Shown piece after piece: positions 16,809 through 21,358 of a stretch of 21,358 nt of DNA. The notes under the pieces were generated by a model. It was not told the DNA's origin and did no database searches. It worked only from the letters and a program-made list of their open reading frames with translations. The DNA comes from a virus, in the IMG/VR virus record IMGVR_UViG_3300001918_000004, one strand, 5' to 3'. The position numbers were made by a program, and so were the translations under genes. The stretch's first letter is position 1, and every line of letters starts with the position of its first letter.

Positions 16809-17611
16809 AAATTCACTCGCATTCTGGGATCGAAGCCCAACGCTCTAGTTGGGGTGTGTTTGTCAGGTAGTGTGGGCGGTGTATCTCTCTCGTCCACGAA
16901 CGGCACAATGGCATAATCGTCCTCCCACTCACCGTCCGGTAGGGGCGATATTCGGTTAACCATGCACCAGTACACGGCTTGCTCTCGGTTTGGAAACGAA
17001 GCTACAGCGCGGTTGTCTGAACGGCGAATCACCAGCACGCTGTTTTTCGTTACGTTGAAGTCGGGTACTGTAGCTACTTTGCGGACGGGTTTTAGTCCTG
17101 CTGGCAATGCTCCGGTTTCGGTGCTGCCGATCAACGTCGTTACGCTTGGGGCCAGTAGTGGAATAAGCCATTTGACCATTAAGGTTTCCTGTGCGTGTTC
17201 GTCGTCAGTTTGATCCGTAGTTTCTGGGAGTGAGATTCCGTTCTCGAAGCTAAACATAACCTCAGAGCTACGAGACTCGCTGAGTTTAGACGTAATCTCA
17301 GCCAGCATGTTTTCTGGGTTTTTAGGCTTAGGTTCAGGTAGCCGCTTTAACAACTCGTGCCAGACATCGAAACTGATCAGGCGTAGGATACGGATCGTGC
17401 GTAAAGGTACTACAACCGGATTCGGGTAGCCGACGTATTGGTTGGGTATGCTAATCTCAGCCATAAACCCAATTCCATTCAGCGTGTAGTCTTCTTTCAA
17501 CGTGTTGCTGTACGTGAACTTAATGCCGTACGGAGCTAAGGCTTCCGTAACAACAGCTTGACCCCAGACTTGTAGCTTTTCCTGAATTACAGGCAAAGAT
17601 AATTCGCTCAT
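16805..17611 (-). CDS. Hypothetical protein
   Basis: 268 aa; GGAGG RBS; ATGA overlaps at both ends. Confidence 0.75.
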   Translation of the reverse strand: MSELSLPVIQEKLQVWGQAVVTEALAPYGIKFTYSNTLKEDYTLNGIGFMAEISIPNQYVGYPNPVVVPLRTIRILRLISFDVWHELLKRLPEPKPKNPENMLAEITSKLSESRSSEVMFSFENGISLPETTDQTDDEHAQETLMVKWLIPLLAPSVTTLIGSTETGALPAGLKPVRKVATVPDFNVTKNSVLVIRRSDNRAVASFPNREQAVYWCMVNRISPLPDGEWEDDYAIVPFVDERDTPPTLPDKHTPTRALGFDPRMRVNL

Positions 17612-17922
17612 TTCGATTCCTCCGAAATTACTAACTTGAGTTCGGCGTTTGGGATACCTGCATAGGTAATACGCAGCATTAAACGGTCTTCAGAGCCGCT
17701 GAACCGACCCCACACCTGCCACGGGTCTCCGAGGCAGACCGTGAACGTTTTGGTGTGTATGTCATGGATAAGTGCTCTTACGCAGGCCGGTTCGTCCGAC
17801 TGGATGTGCTTTAACGCCGAACCAAGCAACCGAAGGATTCGAGCAATTTGGTCGGCTGTTAAAGTCCCTTGCAAGTACATGGTTTCCCCGTCGAGCAAGG
17901 TGTTTGACGTCTGTAGATTCAA
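17608..17922 (-). CDS. Hypothetical protein
   Basis: 104 aa; TTG start preceded by AGGAG. Confidence 0.65.
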   Translation of the reverse strand: MNLQTSNTLLDGETMYLQGTLTADQIARILRLLGSALKHIQSDEPACVRALIHDIHTKTFTVCLGDPWQVWGRFSGSEDRLMLRITYAGIPNAELKLVISEESK

Positions 17923-17950
17923 TTTAACTCCTGTAGATTCCGATGGTGAT

Positions 17951-18163
17951 TTAGTTTGCGTTAGGAAATTCGTCCAAGCATTGCTGGGAGCGTAGGGTTA
18001 CGTCTGTCTCTTTGTCTTGGTCTAGTTTCTGAAAGAACAATCCGCAGTACGGCACTTGTCCGAGAAAGGTAGTCCGAAAGAAGCGACAAAACTTTCCGTA
18101 TGCGTAGGCGCAGGTTTTGTCTCCGGTCTGAAACTCTAGCTGATGCGTTACGGGTTTAAGCAT
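17951..18163 (-). CDS. Small Cys-containing protein, possibly Zn-binding
   Basis: 70 aa with four Cys (TC..., FCRF, YCGLF, QQCL); first gene of the leftward operon next to attP. Confidence 0.6.
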   Translation of the reverse strand: MLKPVTHQLEFQTGDKTCAYAYGKFCRFFRTTFLGQVPYCGLFFQKLDQDKETDVTLRSQQCLDEFPNAN

Positions 18164-18200
18164 GGGTTAGTGGTTTAACTCAGCAAAGGTTTATGCTGTT

Positions 18201-18217
18201 GTGGCATGGTGTGGCAT
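18201..18217 (+). repeat. Left arm repeats, GTGGCAT x2
   Basis: GTGGCAT at 18201-18207 and 18211-18217. Confidence 0.8.
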
Positions 18218-18273
18218 ACGCACCTTTGAACATGCAATAAACACACTCTGGGCTTGCGTTGTAGCGTCAAGAG

Positions 18274-18335
18274 CAACAGACTCGAAATCTGTTGAAGGGT
18301 CACACCTTCCGAGGGTTCGAATCCCTCCCTCTCCG
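18274..18335 (+). tRNA. 3' fragment of tRNA-Ser(CGA), the att core; not a complete tRNA
   Basis: Anticodon arm ACAGA-CTCGAAA-TCTGT, long variable arm GAAGG/CCTTC, T arm GAGGG-TTCGAAT-CCCTC, acceptor 3' strand CCTCTCC plus discriminator G; the 5' GGAGAGG strand and D arm are absent. Confidence 0.88.
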
Positions 18336-18429
18336 TACTATCCCAACCATACCAAACATTTGCGGCACCTACAGGTTAGCCTAATATTTGCCTGTAGTTA
18401 CACTACATCGCACTATTGATGAAAAAATT

Positions 18430-18455
18430 GGGGCATGACCGTGGCATAGTGGCAT
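18430..18455 (+). repeat. Right arm repeats, GGGGCAT plus GTGGCAT x2
   Basis: GGGGCAT 18430-18436, GTGGCAT 18441-18447 and 18449-18455, abutting the integrase RBS (GAGG). Confidence 0.8.
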
Positions 18456-18464
18456 GAGGGTTTT

Positions 18465-19511
18465 ATGGACATCGAACAAGTCAATGCAGGCCTGAGCCGA
18501 GTGACGCTGCAAGAGCATCAAGGCTGGCTTTATTTACGAGGCGTGTTTCCGCCTAAGCCTGGAGAACTACAGCCGAAACGACGCCGAATACCCTTGAAAC
18601 TGAAGCCGACCCAAGCGGGACTACGAGCCGCCCGCATTATTGCGCTAGATGCTGAGGCTAAGTTGTTAGCCGGGGCCTGGAAGTGGCCTGAACAATCCGA
18701 GACTCTAACTGTGGGGGAGTGGGTAAAACGCTTTGAGGCGCATTACTGGAAAGACAAACCGAAAACGCCTGAAAAGCTCAACACCTACAAGAAAGAGTAT
18801 TTCATGACCTTCAACAAACTGCCCTTCGACAAAGTGTTGACGGAAGAGTTGATGCGGAAAACCATCAGCACCACACCTCCCGCTACACGAGTGCGTGTCC
18901 GGTGCTGTCGTGTTTATACGGCGTTAGCGAAGTTAGCTAACATCCCGGTGGACTTTAGTGATCTCAGTGGCGGGTATCAAAGTGCTGCGGTCGATGTCAA
19001 GACGCTGCCGACCGATAATGACATTATCGCTGCACGATCACTCATTACCCTGAAGCCGTGGCTGCATGTGTATGACCTGATGGCGTGCTACGGATTACGC
19101 AACCATGAGGCGTTTTACATCGACTGGTCACAGAGTTCGCTGGAGTATCTGTGGGTGTCTGAAGGAAAGACAGGCTCACGTTTGGCGTATCGGGTTGCCC
19201 CAAAAGACTGGCCCAACACACCCACGTTTCCGGTAGAGTTGCCGCACGTCAATTACAACGGCGGACACAATGCCACAGGCGCACGCGTAACAAATCACTT
19301 TCGGACATACTTACCGTTTACGCCATACTCGTTACGACACTCCTGGGCAAGACGTGCGTTTGAAAGAGGCTTTCCCGCAGACTTTTGTGCAAAAGCCATG
19401 GGTCACAGCTTATCCGTGCATTTGAAGGTGTATCGGCGGTTCTGGGGCGATGAGCCGTACAAGAAGGTGTACGGACAGATTATGGCAGGCACTCAGAGAG
19501 ACGGCGTTTAG
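18465..19511 (+). CDS. int: Tyrosine integrase, cyanobacterial XisA/XisC-like type
   Basis: LYLRG.FPPKPG N-terminus; catalytic YGLRNHE, GKTG.R, YSLRHSWA, MGHS..VH...Y. Confidence 0.93.
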   Translation: MDIEQVNAGLSRVTLQEHQGWLYLRGVFPPKPGELQPKRRRIPLKLKPTQAGLRAARIIALDAEAKLLAGAWKWPEQSETLTVGEWVKRFEAHYWKDKPKTPEKLNTYKKEYFMTFNKLPFDKVLTEELMRKTISTTPPATRVRVRCCRVYTALAKLANIPVDFSDLSGGYQSAAVDVKTLPTDNDIIAARSLITLKPWLHVYDLMACYGLRNHEAFYIDWSQSSLEYLWVSEGKTGSRLAYRVAPKDWPNTPTFPVELPHVNYNGGHNATGARVTNHFRTYLPFTPYSLRHSWARRAFERGFPADFCAKAMGHSLSVHLKVYRRFWGDEPYKKVYGQIMAGTQRDGV

Positions 19512-20352
19512 CTAACGCCAAGTAATCATTGCTGATGTCATACCCGACGTAGATACGTCTGGCGTTGTATGCGGCTATGGCTGTTGTACCGCTACCAACA
19601 AACGGATCTAGTACAACATCGTGCGTGAAGCTGTATAGCTGAATTAAACGGTTCGGTAACTCAAGTGGAAACGGAGCCGGATGTCCGACACGCTTAGCGG
19701 ATTCTGGACGTATCTCCCACACAGATTTTGTCCAATCCATGAACTCGTCTTTGCTGATTGTGTTTTCTTGGTGCGGCTGCATGACTCGTTTGTAGGAGCC
19801 TTTTGTAAACACCAAAATGTATTCATGCGTGTCTCGTAACACCGGATTCGTAGCAGACTGCCAACTTCCCCATGCCATAGACACACCCGCACCAGCACCT
19901 TTAAGCCAAATGATTTCACCCCGCATACTGAATCCAAGGGAAATCATCATGGACGAAACTAAGTCAGACAGCGGAAGATACGGCTTACGTCCCAGATTAG
20001 CGATATTGATGCACGCTCTGCCGCCATCAACTAACACTCGATACACGTCTTTCATAACGCCGTGTAGAAACAGAAGGTACTCATCTAACGGCATGTCTTC
20101 GTCGTACTCTTTAAGCACGTTGTACGGAGGCGATGTCACCATCAAATGCACGCAACGATCCGGCAATTGCTGCATGTTAGCAGCGTCACCCTGAATTAAG
20201 CTGTTACGCAACTCTGGGGGCAGTTCGTTGTCCGGTAGTAACGGCTTGTCTTGAACCGTGCAATTTGCGTACAAATTGCTTTTGTAGAAAGCGTCTGCAT
20301 TATGGTTAATGCGTTGACTAACGCCGAACGAGCTTGAACGTGTTTGACTCAT
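19480..20352 (-). CDS. Beta-class DNA methyltransferase (SPPY, likely N4-cytosine), orphan
   Basis: VTSPPYN precedes HPAPFP and VLDPFVGSGTT; start 20352 via ATGA overlap; no adjacent restriction endonuclease recognised. Confidence 0.93.
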   Translation of the reverse strand: MSQTRSSSFGVSQRINHNADAFYKSNLYANCTVQDKPLLPDNELPPELRNSLIQGDAANMQQLPDRCVHLMVTSPPYNVLKEYDEDMPLDEYLLFLHGVMKDVYRVLVDGGRACINIANLGRKPYLPLSDLVSSMMISLGFSMRGEIIWLKGAGAGVSMAWGSWQSATNPVLRDTHEYILVFTKGSYKRVMQPHQENTISKDEFMDWTKSVWEIRPESAKRVGHPAPFPLELPNRLIQLYSFTHDVVLDPFVGSGTTAIAAYNARRIYVGYDISNDYLALAKRRLSECLP

Positions 20353-20486
20353 AAACAAAACCAAAAAACAAACAACGCGGTGTTTAACCAGATCATTACG
20401 TTTAAAACGCTAGTCTCTCGTTGCATCACGTAAATCGTGACCAACGCTAAAACATTCACCCCAAGGATGAACTTGAAGAATTTCAT
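20349..20486 (-). CDS. Small membrane protein, 45 aa
   Basis: MKFFKFILGVNVLALVTIYV...VMIWLNTALFVFWFCL; GGAG RBS; stop overlaps the MTase start. Confidence 0.55.
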   Translation of the reverse strand: MKFFKFILGVNVLALVTIYVMQRETSVLNVMIWLNTALFVFWFCL

Positions 20487-20511
20487 GTGGACTCCCATTG
20501 CAGACCAAGAA

Positions 20512-20826
20512 TTAATCGGGTGTGTTGAAATACTGCTGTGCAGCAACAAAGTTAACTTGCCACAGCGGTTTCTGTGATTCTGGTGGAGCGATGTTGCGGT
20601 AATGTACTCCGTATTCCCACACAGATAGTTGGTTTGTAACTCGTTGTGCTTCTGATTTAGTGATCAATGCACTTAACAGACTGGGTTTTACGCTCAATAT
20701 GGCTGCGGCTTGTTTAGTGCTTACCCAACGCCCTTGAATACCCCAAGACTGCATCACAGCTTCGACAAACGCTAAGCGTTCCTTAAGGAACTCTAAGTCT
20801 AATGCTATTTGTTTAGACGCAACCAT
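20512..20826 (-). CDS. Excisionase-like winged-HTH DNA-binding protein
   Basis: WVSTKQAAAILSV....L and GVHYRNI.P....P.WQVN pattern; ATG 20826 immediately after the upstream stop; near the integrase. Confidence 0.6.
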   Translation of the reverse strand: MVASKQIALDLEFLKERLAFVEAVMQSWGIQGRWVSTKQAAAILSVKPSLLSALITKSEAQRVTNQLSVWEYGVHYRNIAPPESQKPLWQVNFVAAQQYFNTPD

Positions 20827-20827
20827 A

Positions 20828-21214
20828 TTAAAGCGATCCTTTGTACGCCGGTTTGTAGTACGCCACAGAATGAGGCACTTCAAATAAATCTGCGGTTTTC
20901 AGACAATGCTCCGTGCATTTGTCTAAATCATCCCAAAACACAACTAAGGCATCGACATCTTGAATCATGCTGACGTTACGCACATACCGAGCTTTGATGC
21001 CGTACTGATCGTAGTCAGTTATGAATATCTTGATCGGATAGCCTTTGTTTTCGGCATAGCGAGTTACTAGGTGTTCGGTACCGCCTGATGTTCCGGTGTA
21101 GATAACAACGTTAGGGGCACGTTGTCTTAGTACCTTGTCTAGATACGTTTCTAAACGAGCGTAGTCTGTAAAGTCTGTGCCACCGGAAACCGCAACTTTA
21201 AATGGATCAGCCAT
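20828..21214 (-). CDS. Second DUF2493/SLOG protein, divergent
   Basis: FKVAVSGG.DF.DY, RN..M, ALVVFWD align with 16016..16423, but the Gly-rich motifs are altered. Confidence 0.8.
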   Translation of the reverse strand: MADPFKVAVSGGTDFTDYARLETYLDKVLRQRAPNVVIYTGTSGGTEHLVTRYAENKGYPIKIFITDYDQYGIKARYVRNVSMIQDVDALVVFWDDLDKCTEHCLKTADLFEVPHSVAYYKPAYKGSL

Positions 21215-21233
21215 ACCACACCTTCACAGATAC

Positions 21234-21358
21234 CTACAGCGTTATTGCGTTTTGCTCGATCAGTTTACGGGCTTGAACCCAACCGGCGATGTTTGAGTGC
21301 AAAGAACCTCGTTTGTAGTTCCAATACCCATCTACAAGCTCGTAACCCACACCCATTT
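21234..21358 (-). CDS. C-terminal fragment of a hypothetical protein
   Basis: Open frame from the window edge: ...MGVGYELVDGYWNYKRGSLHSNIAGWVQARKLIEQNAITL*. Confidence 0.45.
   Translation of the reverse strand, partial: MGVGYELVDGYWNYKRGSLHSNIAGWVQARKLIEQNAITL

Larger units (their letters stand above)
18201..18455. mobile_element. attP site (core plus integrase arm-type repeats)
   Basis: tRNA 3' fragment flanked by GTGGCAT repeats on both sides, directly upstream of a tyrosine integrase. Confidence 0.85.
1..21358. mobile_element. Temperate tailed phage genome segment, probable cyanophage, attP (non-integrated) configuration
   Basis: terL, portal, MuF, tail-like genes, integrase and attP with both arms; no host housekeeping genes. 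Cyanobacterial host inferred from the XisA/XisC-type integrase N-terminus, NblA-like ORF, xis-like protein and CCA-less tRNA fragment. Confidence 0.92.

Noticed and set aside
18240-18335. Complete phage-encoded tRNA-Ser gene
   Set aside because: No GGAGAGG 5' acceptor strand or D arm upstream of the anticodon arm; it is an att core fragment.
18201-18419. 72-aa ORF across attP
   Set aside because: Overlaps the tRNA fragment and arm sites, has no RBS or recognisable motif, and would be broken by integration.
18201-18455. CRISPR or mini-array from the GTGGCAT repeats
   Set aside because: Repeats are 7 bp with 1-4 bp gaps; this fits integrase arm sites, not repeat-spacer units.
34-20194. Numerous 60-145 aa antisense or alternate-frame ORFs in the track
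   Set aside because: They lie within better supported genes, lack RBS and motifs, and are expected shadow ORFs.
19480-20352. Complete restriction-modification system
   Set aside because: No neighbouring ORF resembles a restriction endonuclease.
1-21358. Stop-codon reassignment
   Set aside because: Genes are full length and densely packed under the standard code, and TAA, TAG and TGA all terminate genes.

Overview
The whole window reads as part of a temperate tailed-phage genome, most likely infecting a cyanobacterium, in its non-integrated (attP) form. Recognisable genes are a large terminase, a DUF935/Mu gp29-like portal, a very large MuF/SPP1 gp7-like head protein, RuvC, an HU-like protein, a XisA/XisC-type tyrosine integrase, an excisionase-like HTH protein, an orphan beta-class (SPPY) DNA methyltransferase, two DUF2493/YspA-SLOG proteins and a block of probable tail/fibre genes with two tandem paralog pairs. 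Upstream of the integrase is a complete attP: the 3' two-thirds of tRNA-Ser(CGA) flanked by five GTGGCAT-type arm repeats. The most unusual items are a C-terminally truncated NblA-like protein, an HU-like protein lacking its DNA-binding arm tip, a split MuF protein with a transmembrane helix and coiled-coil extension, a TM-GAF protein directly upstream of terL, a possible split HNH after terL, DnaA-box-like motifs at two divergent junctions, and apparent avoidance of GGWCC and CGATCG. All family assignments come from motif recognition by eye; no searches were run.
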